Below, one piece after another: positions 1 through 12,612 of a stretch of 64,000 nucleotides of DNA (positions within the stretch are counted from its first letter, which is position 1; every line of letters starts with the position of its first letter). Under the pieces are notes generated by a model that was not told the origin of the DNA, made no database searches, and saw only the letters and a list, made by a program, of their open reading frames with translations. The position numbers and the translations under genes are program-made. This DNA comes from Eledone cirrhosa (taxonomy: Eukaryota): positions 1 through 64,000 of the forward strand of contig CAXHJY010001754.1 in assembly GCA_964016885.1 (NCBI GenBank). Reading direction: 5' to 3'.

Positions 1-584
1 CTCTCACACACACACTCATACACTGACACAGACGCACTCAATTACACACACACTCTCTCTCTCTCACACATACATACACACAGAGAGACACACACATTTA
101 CACACACTCTCTCACACACACAGACACAGAAACACTCACAATTCCACACCCTCTCTCACACCCTAACATAATCCACATGGTATCTACTACACGCCTTATC
201 TTCCAAGTGATCACTTGTCTAATACTTGACATAGGTATCGGCATATATAGTTAAGTAACCCTAACAGGCCCCACCCCGAAAACATCCTTAGCTACCCTGT
301 TGAAGGCGTCAAGTCTAATTCCTTAACTGGCGGCCTTTATATTTGTTGGGTGGTGTTTGTGTTATTATCTCTTTGTTTTTTTTTCTTTTTCTTTCCTTTC
401 TTTCGTCTAATAGAAATGTTGTTTTCTATGATAACAAAGAAATGAAACAACGAACGGAAGAAGGAAATATATGAAAGAAAAGTGAAAGGAAAGAAAGAAA
501 GGAAGGAAGAACGAAAGAGAAAAATGTTAGGTTTAGAGGAAGGACCAACCAAATACTGAATGAAAGCAACAAGTATATATATAT

Positions 585-760
585 ATAGGAAAAGAGTCAG
601 GACCCCGACGGCTGAGCTCTGGCCGCTTCGAGTGCTAGATCTAGCTGTCGAAACGGCCGGAGCTCAGCCGTCGGGGTCCTGACTCTTTTCCTATTACCCA
701 TACTTCTACCCTAGGTATCGAGTACTCTGGTGCGTTATGGTCCATCTGGTTTCTTACCCC
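585..760 (+). mobile_element. Fold-back PLE-derived insert (family A) with the 3' half of a hammerhead ribozyme
   Basis: Inverted repeat 585-694 (ATAGGAAAAGAGTCAGGACCCCGACGGCTGAGCTC...GAGCTCAGCCGTCGGGGTCCTGACTCTTTTCCTAT) centred on GCTAGATCTAGC. The right arm reads GAAA-CGGC...GCC-GTC, which is HHR stem III plus a GUC cleavage triplet. The tail is homologous to copies at 34255 and 60023. (TA)n flanks the left side. Confidence 0.75.
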
Positions 761-839
761 CTCCCCTCCTCCCATAGTCCCAAGGCTCTCATACCATCAA
801 CACTATAAACACAGAGCTGGCATATCTAAGAACTGACTA

Positions 840-895
840 ACTGCCTGATGAGGTCATAGCCATTCAATGGCTATCATCGAAATATATATAGCAGT
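840..895 (+). ncRNA. Minimal type-I hammerhead ribozyme (PLE type)
   Basis: ACTGC-CTGATGA-ggtcATAGCCATtcaATGGCTATcatc-GAAA-TATATATA-GCAGT gives stem I ACTGC/GCAGT, an intact core, a stem II hairpin and a palindromic stem III. A homologue lies at 61018-61072. Confidence 0.85.
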
Positions 896-936
896 AAATA
901 AAGGATTATGAGTTCATGCAATTGACTTATGTTTCG

Positions 937-977
<41 letters not shown>

Positions 978-1065
978 GAAATAGAAGCTTTCGCAGTATT
1001 TTTTAATAAAGAAATTTTAGCCTGACAGTGGGGTTTAAAACCCTATATAAATGGAAAAGGATGAG

Positions 1066-1109
<44 letters not shown>

Positions 1110-1263
1110 TTTAAAAAATTAACAAAGAGAGAAGAAGACAACGAGCGGAAACAAAACAAAAGGGAAAATAATTTTTAAAGGGGAAACCTTAAAGAAATAA
1201 TTTTTTAAAAATAAAAATACAAACGGACACAGAACCCCATATATATACATGTGTGTGTGTGTG

Positions 1264-1335
<72 letters not shown>

Positions 1336-1409
1336 CGTGCGTGTGTGTGTGCGTGTGTGTGTGCGCGTGTGTGTACGTGTGTGTACGTGTTTGTGGGAAG
1401 GTCAGACTT

Positions 1410-1487
1410 AATTAAATCAACCCAATCCATGACTAGTACTTTTTATTTTATCAACCATCGAATGACGAAGTGCTAAGTTAACCTCGC
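1410..1487 (-). mobile_element. Diverged remnant of the tRNA-derived SINE
   Basis: ACTAGTACTTTTTATTTTATCAACC...AAGTTAACCTCG matches the reverse complement of the SINE core at 10898. Confidence 0.6.
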
Positions 1488-2056
1488 GCTGATTCATTAA
1501 GCTGATCCTCCATATATTATTAATTCATTCAATATTTCGTTCATTTACTCGTTCAATCAGTCACTCGTTCATCCACTGAAGTGTTAACTTAATTCTTCAA
1601 AATCTCGTTCTTGCAAATACTCATTCCTTGATTCATTCTTATCGTATAATCACTCATTCCTTCTGTCGATTCTTCTTCTTCTTCTTCTTCTTCTTCTTCT
1701 TCTTCTTCTTCTTCTTCTTCTTCTTCTTCTTCTTCTTCTTCTTCTTCCACGCTTAAATTTTCTTTCCTCTCTATTTCATTCACACTTTCCTAATTACTTC
1801 ATTCATTCATTAAACACCTTCATTCATTTTATTAATCGGTCAATGATTCTTTCACATGCCTCCCTCTCTCTCTCTCACTCTTTCCCTCTCTCTCATACAT
1901 ACACACTCTCACACCAACGCACACACACACACAGAGACACACTTGTGTCTCATCTCTTCACAAACACACAGACAGAAACACACGTTCATGGACACATACG
2001 TTTACTCTCAGCACTCATGTCTCCAGCCAACACAAACACACACACACAACAACACC

Positions 2057-2087
<31 letters not shown>

Positions 2088-2097
2088 CACCAAAACA

Positions 2098-2175
<78 letters not shown>

Positions 2176-2305
2176 AACAAAGAGAAACACACGCTCCTAG
2201 ACATATACACTTTCTCGCAGCTCTCCTCTCTCCTGCCATAGTAGTATATATATACACAGGGTGTTCCCAAAAAATGTATACACATATTTATTAGAATACA
2301 CACAT

Positions 2306-2370
<65 letters not shown>

Positions 2371-2398
2371 AAGAGAGATGTATGTGTGCGTGTGTGTA

Positions 2399-2477
2399 CA
2401 GGGTGTCCCCCAAAAATGTATACAGACTTCAGGATCAGTCTAATAAAGATGTGTATACATTTTTGGGGGACACCCTG
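2399..2477. mobile_element. 79-bp Tc1/mariner-type MITE
   Basis: Perfect 26-bp TIRs CAGGGTGTCCCCCAAAAATGTATACA / TGTATACATTTTTGGGGGACACCCTG with TA on both sides. Related partial or diverged copies lie at about 2257-2297, 7065-7153 and 42408-42480. Confidence 0.85.
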
Positions 2478-2478
2478 T

Positions 2479-2531
<53 letters not shown>

Positions 2532-2547
2532 ATACAGTATATATAGT

Positions 2548-2600
<53 letters not shown>

Positions 2601-2604
<4 letters not shown>

Positions 2605-5600
2605 ACGTATTGTTTTATTGATATTTTTTATCTGTTTGGCCCGAATCTTCCTTTATCGATTTTAAATCGTATGGTTGATTGTAGACTTGTTCTATATGTG
2701 ACGGTATTTTAACGATAGTTATAGCTCTGATTCATCTGAATTATTGAGCCCTCTGCCGCTCATATCGGATTTCGTTTTTCGTTAACTCGTGCGCCGATTT
2801 TTCGATACTCGATCTTTCTAATATATTTAGCTCTGGACATAGCTATCCACCAGTTAATTTTATTGCTCATATTTTGTCGATTCTATTGAGTGATGAATAG
2901 CTTTTGTTTTATTTTAACATGTCTATTGAGCACTCTAATTCGATATGTGTATTTCCACATTCACTCGAATTATTTTCGCGGATATAGGGGTCATCTCCCT
3001 TGTCTAATGCCATGTGCGTTTTTCACCGCTAGTTGACTCCTTTGCCGCCAGGATAAAACTCGTTGACGACGTAAACTCCATTCCACTTATTCTAGTAGGC
3101 TTTTATATTTATATGTGAGCTGATAGAGTACTGTCTAAGGATTTACAGAAACCCATGAAGCTAGATTTAACACCTTTCTAGTGGGTCCGGGTATGATTTT
3201 ACATTCATTTAAATTATTGACGTATTGTTTTATTGATATTTTTTATCTGTTTGGCCCGAATCTTCCTTTATCGATTTTAAATCGTATGGTTGATTGTAGA
3301 CTTGTTCTATATGTGACGGTATTTTAACGATAGTTATAGCTCTGATTCATCTGAATTATTGAGCCCTCTGCCGCTCATATCGGATTTCGTTTTTCGTTAA
3401 CTCGTGCGCCGATTTTTCGATACTCGATCTTTCTAATATATTTAGCTCTGGACATAGCTATCCACCAGTTAATTTTATTGCTCATATTTTGTCGATTCTA
3501 TTGAGTGATGAATAGCTTTTGTTTTATTTTAACATGTCTATTGAGCACTCTAATTCGATATGTGTATTTCCACATTCACTCGAATTATTTTCGCGGATAT
3601 AGGGGTCATCTCCCTTGTCTAATGCCATGTGCGTTTTTCACCGCTAGTTGACTCCTTTGCCGCCAGGATAAAACTCGTTGACGACGTAAACTCCATTCCA
3701 CTTATTCTAGTAGGCTTTTATATTTATATGTGAGCTGATAGAGTACTGTCTAAGGATTTACAGAAACCCATGAAGCTAGATTTAACACCTTTCTAGTGGG
3801 TCCGGGTATGATTTTACATTCATTTAAATTATTGACGTATTGTTTTATTGATATTTTTTATCTGTTTGGCCCGAATCTTCCTTTATCGATTTTAAATCGT
3901 ATGGTTGATTGTAGACTTGTTCTATATGTGACGGTATTTTAACGATAGTTATAGCTCTGATTCATCTGAATTATTGAGCCCTCTGCCGCTCATATCGGAT
4001 TTCGTTTTTCGTTAACTCGTGCGCCGATTTTTCGATACTCGATCTTTCTAATATATTTAGCTCTGGACATAGCTATCCACCAGTTAATTTTATTGCTCAT
4101 ATTTTGTCGATTCTATTGAGTGATGAATAGCTTTTGTTTTATTTTAACATGTCTATTGAGCACTCTAATTCGATATGTGTATTTCCACATTCACTCGAAT
4201 TATTTTCGCGGATATAGGGGTCATCTCCCTTGTCTAATGCCATGTGCGTTTTTCACCGCTAGTTGACTCCTTTGCCGCCAGGATAAAACTCGTTGACGAC
4301 GTAAACTCCATTCCACTTATTCTAGTAGGCTTTTATATTTATATGTGAGCTGATAGAGTACTGTCTAAGGATTTACAGAAACCCATGAAGCTAGATTTAA
4401 CACCTTTCTAGTGGGTCCGGGTATGATTTTACATTCATTTAAATTATTGACGTATTGTTTTATTGATATTTTTTATCTGTTTGGCCCGAATCTTCCTTTA
4501 TCGATTTTAAATCGTATGGTTGATTGTAGACTTGTTCTATATGTGACGGTATTTTAACGATAGTTATAGCTCTGATTCATCTGAATTATTGAGCCCTCTG
4601 CCGCTCATATCGGATTTCGTTTTTCGTTAACTCGTGCGCCGATTTTTCGATACTCGATCTTTCTAATATATTTAGCTCTGGACATAGCTATCCACCAGTT
4701 AATTTTATTGCTCATATTTTGTCGATTCTATTGAGTGATGAATAGCTTTTGTTTTATTTTAACATGTCTATTGAGCACTCTAATTCGATATGTGTATTTC
4801 CACATTCACTCGAATTATTTTCGCGGATATAGGGGTCATCTCCCTTGTCTAATGCCATGTGCGTTTTTCACCGCTAGTTGACTCCTTTGCCGCCAGGATA
4901 AAACTCGTTGACGACGTAAACTCCATTCCACTTATTCTAGTAGGCTTTTATATTTATATGTGAGCTGATAGAGTACTGTCTAAGGATTTACAGAAACCCA
5001 TGAAGCTAGATTTAACACCTTTCTAGTGGGTCCGGGTATGATTTTACATTCATTTAAATTATTGACGTATTGTTTTATTGATATTTTTTATCTGTTTGGC
5101 CCGAATCTTCCTTTATCGATTTTAAATCGTATGGTTGATTGTAGACTTGTTCTATATGTGACGGTATTTTAACGATAGTTATAGCTCTGATTCATCTGAA
5201 TTATTGAGCCCTCTGCCGCTCATATCGGATTTCGTTTTTCGTTAACTCGTGCGCCGATTTTTCGATACTCGATCTTTCTAATATATTTAGCTCTGGACAT
5301 AGCTATCCACCAGTTAATTTTATTGCTCATATTTTGTCGATTCTATTGAGTGATGAATAGCTTTTGTTTTATTTTAACATGTCTATTGAGCACTCTAATT
5401 CGATATGTGTATTTCCACATTCACTCGAATTATTTTCGCGGATATAGGGGTCATCTCCCTTGTCTAATGCCATGTGCGTTTTTCACCGCTAGTTGACTCC
5501 TTTGCCGCCAGGATAAAACTCGTTGACGACGTAAACTCCATTCCACTTATTCTAGTAGGCTTTTATATTTATATGTGAGCTGATAGAGTACTGTCTAAGG

Positions 5601-5889
5601 ATTTACAGAAACCCATGAAGCTAGATTTAACACCTTTCTAGTGGGTCCGGGTATGATTTTACATTCATTTAAATTATTGACGTATTGTTTTATTGATATT
5701 TTTTATCTGTTTGGCCCGAATCTTCCTTTATCGATTTTAAATCGTATGGTTGATTGTAGACTTGTTCTATATGTGACGGTATTTTAACGATAGTTATAGC
5801 TCTGATTCATCTGAATTATTGAGCCCTCTGCCGCTCATATCGGATTTCGTTTTTCGTTAACTCGTGCGCCGATTTTTCGATACTCGATC

Positions 5890-5897
<8 letters not shown>
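2601..5897. repeat. Tandem array of a 615-bp unit (5 full copies plus about 220 bp)
   Basis: ATTGACGTATTG recurs at 2601, 3216, 3831, 4446, 5061 and 5676. I saw no differences between copies by eye. (TA)n lies on both sides. Confidence 0.97.
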
Positions 5898-5922
<25 letters not shown>

Positions 5923-6121
5923 AGAGATGCCACGCCCACTTCACAAGCTGGCAGTCAGTCACAGCCAGTATTTCTACACCTCAGACTCCGCCTACTTAAC
6001 AGATTACCACATTTTTTCCGCCATTTTCGCTAACATATAATATATACTAGCAGAAAGACCGCGCCTCTCTCTTTCTAGTTCCACCCATTCCAAACTGTAA
6101 ACAAATGTTGTTTTTTTTCCG

Positions 6122-6183
<62 letters not shown>

Positions 6184-6317
6184 GTATATTATATATATAT
6201 ATATATAGTAATAATAATAAATTTGAAGACTAAAATCCAAAGAGGGCTCGATAAGGATAAATATATATCAAATATATAAGAACCGTAGAGCAAATATTTA
6301 TTAAAATAACAGATTAA

Positions 6318-6368
6318 AGTTTAAGCAAAGAATCGCTGCTTTCACCCTTAACGGGATCTTCTGAAACT
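6318..6368 (-). ncRNA. Hammerhead-like motif with one core substitution
   Basis: Reverse complement reads AGTTT-CAGAAGA-tCCCgttaaGGGt-GAAA-GCA...TGC-TT-AAACT. All three stems are present, but the core is CAGAAGA instead of CUGAAGA. Confidence 0.6.
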
Positions 6369-6609
6369 AACAAAGTCAATCTGTGAATGCAGAAGTGAGT
6401 ATTTAAAAAAACGTTGCAACCGGAGAAAGACAGGAAGACGATACTTTGGTTCGTGGAAACGTTCCCTGGCAAAGAACGCGAAAAACGAATATAATACGTC
6501 ATTATTTGGTGCGGTGAAAAATAATTACACGCAAAGACAAATCCACGTTTATGGTATAAAAGAAGTCGTAGACTAATATTCTATTAGGTGGTTCATTGAA
6601 ATTAGAAGT

Positions 6610-7050
6610 TTGGCCCCTCTTGCACTGTGGAACAATTCTTTCGCGGTGATTGATTGGTTCAACGGCATATGCAACAAGGAACCATGCCGTTTTATCCAAT
6701 TCGACATCAATAATTACTACTCCTCCATCACTTTACCACTTCTCCTTAGAGCTATCAATTTCGCTAAAACACTCACAGTGGTTAAGGATTTCGAAGTTGA
6801 TGTCATCCTCAATGCCCGTAAGTCGGTGATTAATTTCGACGACTCTATTTGGATTAAAAAATCTAATAGTACCCCATTCGACGTGAGTATGGGCGCCAGC
6901 GATTCTGCGGACGTTACTGATCTTATCGGCGTTTTCCTTCTTTTCCCTATCAAGGAAGAATTCCCCAACGTGGGCGGTGGTTTGTACCGTGATGATGGTC
7001 TTTTGACCATGACTAAGTGCGGTCCACGTGCTTGCGACTACGCATATTCC
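6610..7050 (+). pseudogene. Penelope-like reverse transcriptase fragment
   Basis: The translation contains FIQFDINNYYSSI (motif A), FDVSMGASDSADVTDLIG (motif B) and GLYRDDGL (motif C), typical of YRDD-type PLE RTs. It is truncated at both ends and followed by a MITE remnant. Confidence 0.9.
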
Positions 7051-7153
7051 GGTGTGTTAATGACTAAATGTATACACACTTTGATTACCAGTACAGGTAA
7101 TTTTTATTAGAATTTAATGTTGAATTGTATATACATTTTTGGTGGACACCCTG

Positions 7154-7210
<57 letters not shown>

Positions 7211-7221
7211 GTATATGTTTG

Positions 7222-7301
<80 letters not shown>

Positions 7302-7337
7302 CACACACATTCACGCATATATACATACATACAAACA

Positions 7338-7413
<76 letters not shown>

Positions 7414-7606
7414 TGTGAGTGTGTAACTAGAGTTTCACAGTCTGACATATGTGATCTATATATCCTATTATCGATCTACGTATCAATATCTATAGTTCTA
7501 TCTATCTATCTATCTATCTATTTATCCACCAATATTTCAATTCGATTATTCAACAAATTATTAGTCATTTTCCTTACTCACTCTCTCTCGCTCTCTCCCT
7601 TTCTCC

Positions 7607-7641
<35 letters not shown>

Positions 7642-7647
7642 CACACA

Positions 7648-7895
7648 AAGAAATTCCGTTATAACAAAATATAATGGGGTATTAAAAAATTCGTTGTACG
7701 AAAAATTCTTTATAACGAGATCGACCGAAACAAATCGACCGTTTATTTGTTATTATCTCGTGGATTGAAAAAAATTTCGATATACTGAAAAATTCGTTAT
7801 AATGGTATTTTACCTGCATATACATACATATATATATATATATACAAATAAAATTCTGTTATAACTAATACCATTATAACGAATTTTTCAGTATG
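7648..7895. mobile_element. Remnants of a TIR-type (probably Tc1/mariner-related) non-autonomous element
   Basis: Repeated TTCGTTATAAC/GTTATAACGA words and an inverted pair TACTGAAAAATTCGTTATAATGGTATT (about 7783-7809) / AATACCATTATAACGAATTTTTCAGTA (about 7867-7893). Confidence 0.5.
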
Positions 7896-7935
7896 GCCTC
7901 ATCCGGATGGCTGGAACGGGTAAAGAGTAAAAGAG

Positions 7936-7965
<30 letters not shown>

Positions 7966-7969
<4 letters not shown>

Positions 7970-8321
7970 GTATAAAAATCAATACAATATAATTACCTCA
8001 TTACCAGAGGTTTCCCGAATGAGGCGAATACGAAAGAAGCGTCTTCATTCGTTCGTCAGACGAAGCAATATAAAACATGGGTAAATACTTGGAAAGTCTC
8101 GTCAAGAAAAACGAGACTTTCCAAGTATTTACCCATGTTTTATATTGCCTCGTCTGACGAACGAATGAAGACGCTTCTTTCGTATTCGCCTCATTCGGGA
8201 AACCTCTGGTAATGAGGTAATTATATTGTATTGATTTTTATACATTAAATTTTGCTCTGATACTTACATAGAGCACTCTTCACTTCTATGACCTTTTCTG
8301 TTTTCAACGGAAATTTCAATA

Positions 8322-8323
<2 letters not shown>
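7966..8323 (+). mobile_element. Fold-back PLE-derived insert with 137-bp arms
   Basis: Arms 7966-8102 and 8111-8247 with one visible mismatch and an 8-nt spacer. An unpaired tail runs to 8323, and (TA)n lies on both sides. Confidence 0.8.
8152..8221 (+). ncRNA. Hammerhead-like motif (weak stem I)
   Basis: CTGACGA-aCGAATGA...TCATTCGg-GAAA-CCTC-tggtaat-GAGG-TA gives the core, stem II, stem III and a GUA triplet. Stem I is only about 2 bp. A mirror copy lies on the minus strand in the left arm. Confidence 0.55.
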
Positions 8324-8368
<45 letters not shown>

Positions 8369-9193
8369 TCCAATATTCTACCATTTCTCTCAATTCTTCA
8401 ATTATGAATGACATCCATTCAAGACAACCGACAACCATAAACACATGATGGTGTTAAAGTCGCTAAGTAGAATCCACCCACAAATTCCACCTTCCTTCCT
8501 TCCTTTTTTTCTTCCTTCCTTCCTTCTTTCCTTCCTTTTTTCTTTCGTTCCTTTCTTCGTTCGTTCCTTCTTTTTTTCTTTCCTTCCTTTCTTCCTTCCG
8601 CCCTTCCTTCCTTTTTTCCTTCATTCCTTCCTTTCTTCCTTTCTTCCCGCCTTCCTTCCCTTTTTTTCCTTCCTTCCTTTCTTCCTTCCTTCTTTCCTTC
8701 CCTTTTCTCCTTCCTTCCCTTTTTCTTCCTTCCTTCCTTCCTTCTTTCCTTCCGTACAACTTCTACCGAACTTCTACCGAATTTCTGTTTGACAAGACTT
8801 AAATTAACAAGAGACAACGTACGAAACTACAATAGAAGACATTAACAAGCTTGGGATGTTGCGCACTGGGAATCGAACTCGGAAACATGTTGTTGCCTAC
8901 AATTATATTTACTATTACCACCAGCGCTCTTTAAAGATAGTTTAGTAGTTACTAAAATGTCTTAATTCCAAACAAGGTTAACAAATAATTTAGTTAATGT
9001 AAATAGAATTATTTTTATTTACGAGTCTATCTGAAGTTTGGCGTCATTGGGAACATTTGTGTAGACATATAGTGCATACAACAGAGAGCTATTAATTAAA
9101 TATAACCCCCGTCTGCTTTCACTTTTTAATACCGCAGCACCGATAATAACAATAATAGCAACAACAACGACAACAACAACAATAATGATGATG

Positions 9194-9249
<56 letters not shown>

Positions 9250-10079
9250 CAACAGCTTTTTTTCTCTTCTTCTTCGTCTTCATTTTCGTCGTCTTCTTCG
9301 CCCTCCGTAATCTTCTTTGCCCTTCGTCTTCTTCTTCTCTTCTTCTCATCGTCTTCATTCTTCCTCTTCTCTCCCCCTCTTCGTCTTCCTCTTCTCTCCC
9401 CTTCTTCTTCTTCTTCTTCTTCTTCTTCTTCTTCTTCTTCTTCTTCTTCTTCTTCTTCTTCTTCTTCTTCTTCTTCTTCTTCTTCTTCCTCTTCTCTCCC
9501 TCTCTTGGTCTTCTTCTCTCCCTCTCTTCGTCTTCCTCTTCTCTCCCCCTCTTCGTTTTCTCCTCCCTCTTCTTATTACAATAAGCTAACTTTCTTATCA
9601 TCACGGGACTGTTTCGAATTATTTGGGAAAGTTTCAAGTGAGCTGATACAAGGAAATAAATAATACAGGTCGAATAACGGCCCCTGATTATGTTAAATAA
9701 AAAGGGGCCATAGCCATTGTCTTGATCCTATTGGGGGCTAATTTGTCTTCTAAGTTATTTAAGGGTGTCTTTCTTAGATAAGATTAAATAAGGACGGAGC
9801 CGAACTTGGATTAAAAAGTTGATCTCGAAGTTGAGGACATTGACGAAATTGATGATAAGAACTGTGATGATGTTGATGATGGTGATGGTGGTGGTTGAGG
9901 TGGTGGTGGTGGTGGTGGTGGTGGTGGTGGTTGTGGTGGTGGTGGTGGTGGTGGTGGTGGTGATGGTGGTGGTGGTGGGGGTGGTGGCGGCGGCGAGGAA
10001 GGAGAGGAGGTGAGGCAGGTCAGGTCGAGGAGAAAGGACGACTATGGCACGGCGACGAAGATAATCTTGATAATGATCG

Positions 10080-10137
<58 letters not shown>

Positions 10138-10240
10138 CAACACGATAAAGAGAGGGAGGCGGCGGAGGAGGAGGGGGGAGGGTTTAATAGGGATGATGTT
10201 AGTATTGACGACGAGAAAGAGGAAAAACAATATGACGATA

Positions 10241-10271
<31 letters not shown>

Positions 10272-10329
10272 GGATAACGATAACGATGACGATGGTGATA
10301 ATGATAATGATGATGATGATAATGATGAT

Positions 10330-10737
10330 AATAGTTTCTACCTTTGACACAAGCCCAGCAAATTTCCCCAGTGTATTACTGGTACTTTATTTTATCGACC
10401 CCCTGTAAGGATGAAAGGCAAAGTTAATCTCGGCGGCATGTGAAATCAGAACGTAAAGGGCCGTATCTCTCTTCTGCAAAGCATGGCGTCAGACCCTCTA
10501 CCGATACTGCCAATCCACCAGATGATAATGAGGACGAAAATGATGACGATGATGACGTTGATACTACTACTATTATTAATAATTGTTTCTACGTTAGGCA
10601 CAAGGCCAGCAATTACCAAGTGTATTACTGGTACTTTATTTTATCGACCCCGTAAGGATGAAAGGCAAAGTTAACCTCGGCGAGATTTGAACTCAGAATG
10701 GCAAGGGCCGTAACTCTATACGTCAAAGCATGGCGTT
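10330..10737 (-). mobile_element. Two tRNA-derived SINE copies (about 10330-10520 and 10578-10737)
   Basis: Reverse-complement matches to the full-length copy at 10898. Confidence 0.9.
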
Positions 10738-10897
10738 AATAATAACAATAGCCCAAGTGATGTGAACAATTATGATATGATTTCTTTATTGGCCACAAGG
10801 GCTGACATCAAGAAAAACATTAGAGACCGTACAGGATGGTACAGGACGGTACAGGACGGTACGATGTGGGTTTTGTGCGTGTATTTATATAAGAATT

Positions 10898-11092
10898 AGG
10901 GCGATGGATTGGCAGTATCGGTAGAGGGTCGGACGCCATGCTTTGACGCGTAGAGTTACGGCCCTTGCCATTCTGAGTTCAAATCCCGCCGAGGTTAACT
11001 TTGTCTTTCATCCTTACGGGGTCGATAAAATAAAGTACCAGTAATACACTGGGTAATTGCTGGCCTTGTGCCGAAAATAGAAACAATTATTT
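10898..11092 (+). mobile_element. Full-length tRNA-derived SINE (octopod-like family)
   Basis: A-box-like TGGCAGTATCGG, B-box GTTCAAATCC, core TTTCATCCTTACGGGGTCGATAAAATAAAGTACCAG, and tail TAGAAACAATTA. More than 15 copies occur in the window. Confidence 0.92.
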
Positions 11093-11149
11093 ATATAAGA
11101 AAAGAAAAAGAAAAAAGACATAGAAACATATATATATATATATATATAT

Positions 11150-11710
11150 AAACAATAAAAATGAAAATTCAAACAATGAAAAATCCCCAATAGGGGGGAA
11201 ACCTCCGAGGGTTACTCGTGGCGAAAACCACACTTTTGTGTGGTTTTCGCCACGAGTCACCCTGACCACCAGAGCAAGCGCCCTCTCTCAATTTTTCCAT
11301 TCCTCAAACTAGAGCGATCCCGTTTACGCGGACCATTCTCGCTACATTCACCCACCTTTCAACAAACTTGCTAGAAGGCAGCACTTGCCTCTCCTGATTT
11401 TCCCCTTCAAGTGAAACTTGGAAAAGTTAATTAGGGATTCGCCGAAGAGGAAAGTGTCTGTCTTTAACCCTTTCAACCTGTCCACCACACAATTTCTTTC
11501 GCCATGGCCACCAGGAAGATGAAAACGGCCTGCCGTTCCTCCTCGAAGGAAGACGGCGAGACCATCTGCACAATGGACTCAATCGATAACGGGATCAGTC
11601 CAGCACGTGACAGAAACTATTATAATGAAAACAACATTGGTGATGACTGAAACAAGAAAATGAAGGAAATTTAGAGAAAAAAAATAGAATGTGAGATAAA
11701 GAGGATAAAA
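11150..11710 (+). mobile_element. Probable 5' part of a retroelement: hairpin, GC-richer leader and short ORF start
   Basis: Hairpin with 26-bp arms at 11208-11263. GCCATGG at 11501 opens 48 codons (MATRKMKTACRSSSKEDGETICTMDS...) to 11650. The segment is bounded by microsatellites. Confidence 0.4.
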
Positions 11711-11749
11711 TATAACATTGTTAGAAATATGACAGACACATACATTGCC

Positions 11750-12150
11750 ATACACAGATACACACACACATACATTCACACACAGAGATACATACACACA
11801 CACACATATATATACATACATACATACATTCACACACCCAGATACATACACACACACATATATATACATACATACATACATACATACATACATACATACA
11901 TACATTCACACACCCAGATACATACACAAACACACATATATATATATACATACATACATACATTCACACACCCAGATACATACACACACACACATATATA
12001 TATACATACATACATACATTCACACACCAAGATACATACACACACACACATATATATACATACATACATACATTCACACACCCAGATACATACACACACA
12101 CACATATATATACATACATACATTCACACACCCAGATACATACATTCACA
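11750..12150. repeat. Higher-order repeat of CA/TA microsatellite with the marker CATTCACACACCCAGATACATAC
   Basis: The marker word recurs about 7 times with variable spacing. Confidence 0.75.
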
Positions 12151-12237
12151 CACTTTCACATACACACAGATACACACACTTTCACACACACATGCATAAA
12201 CACACACACACACTTTCACACACACATGCACACACAC

Positions 12238-12280
<43 letters not shown>

Positions 12281-12399
12281 CATTCACCGGACACACACAT
12301 ACAAACTCATATATATATTTAAAATCACAACATATACACACTTATATATATACACACACATAGACACAGACACACACTTACACACGCACACACATACAT

Positions 12400-12430
<31 letters not shown>

Positions 12431-12519
12431 CACGTACACACACACACACATATATATATATATACACACATATATACAAACACACACACATATATATAAA
12501 TATATATATATATATGTAG

Positions 12520-12612
<93 letters not shown>

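Larger units (their letters stand above)
6207..7050. mobile_element. Truncated Penelope-like element: inverted 3'/pLTR segment (minus) joined to an RT fragment (plus)
   Basis: 6207-6330 is nearly identical to 60573-60700. A minus-strand HHR-like motif sits at 6318-6368, and RT motifs lie on the plus strand from about 6630. Confidence 0.75.
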
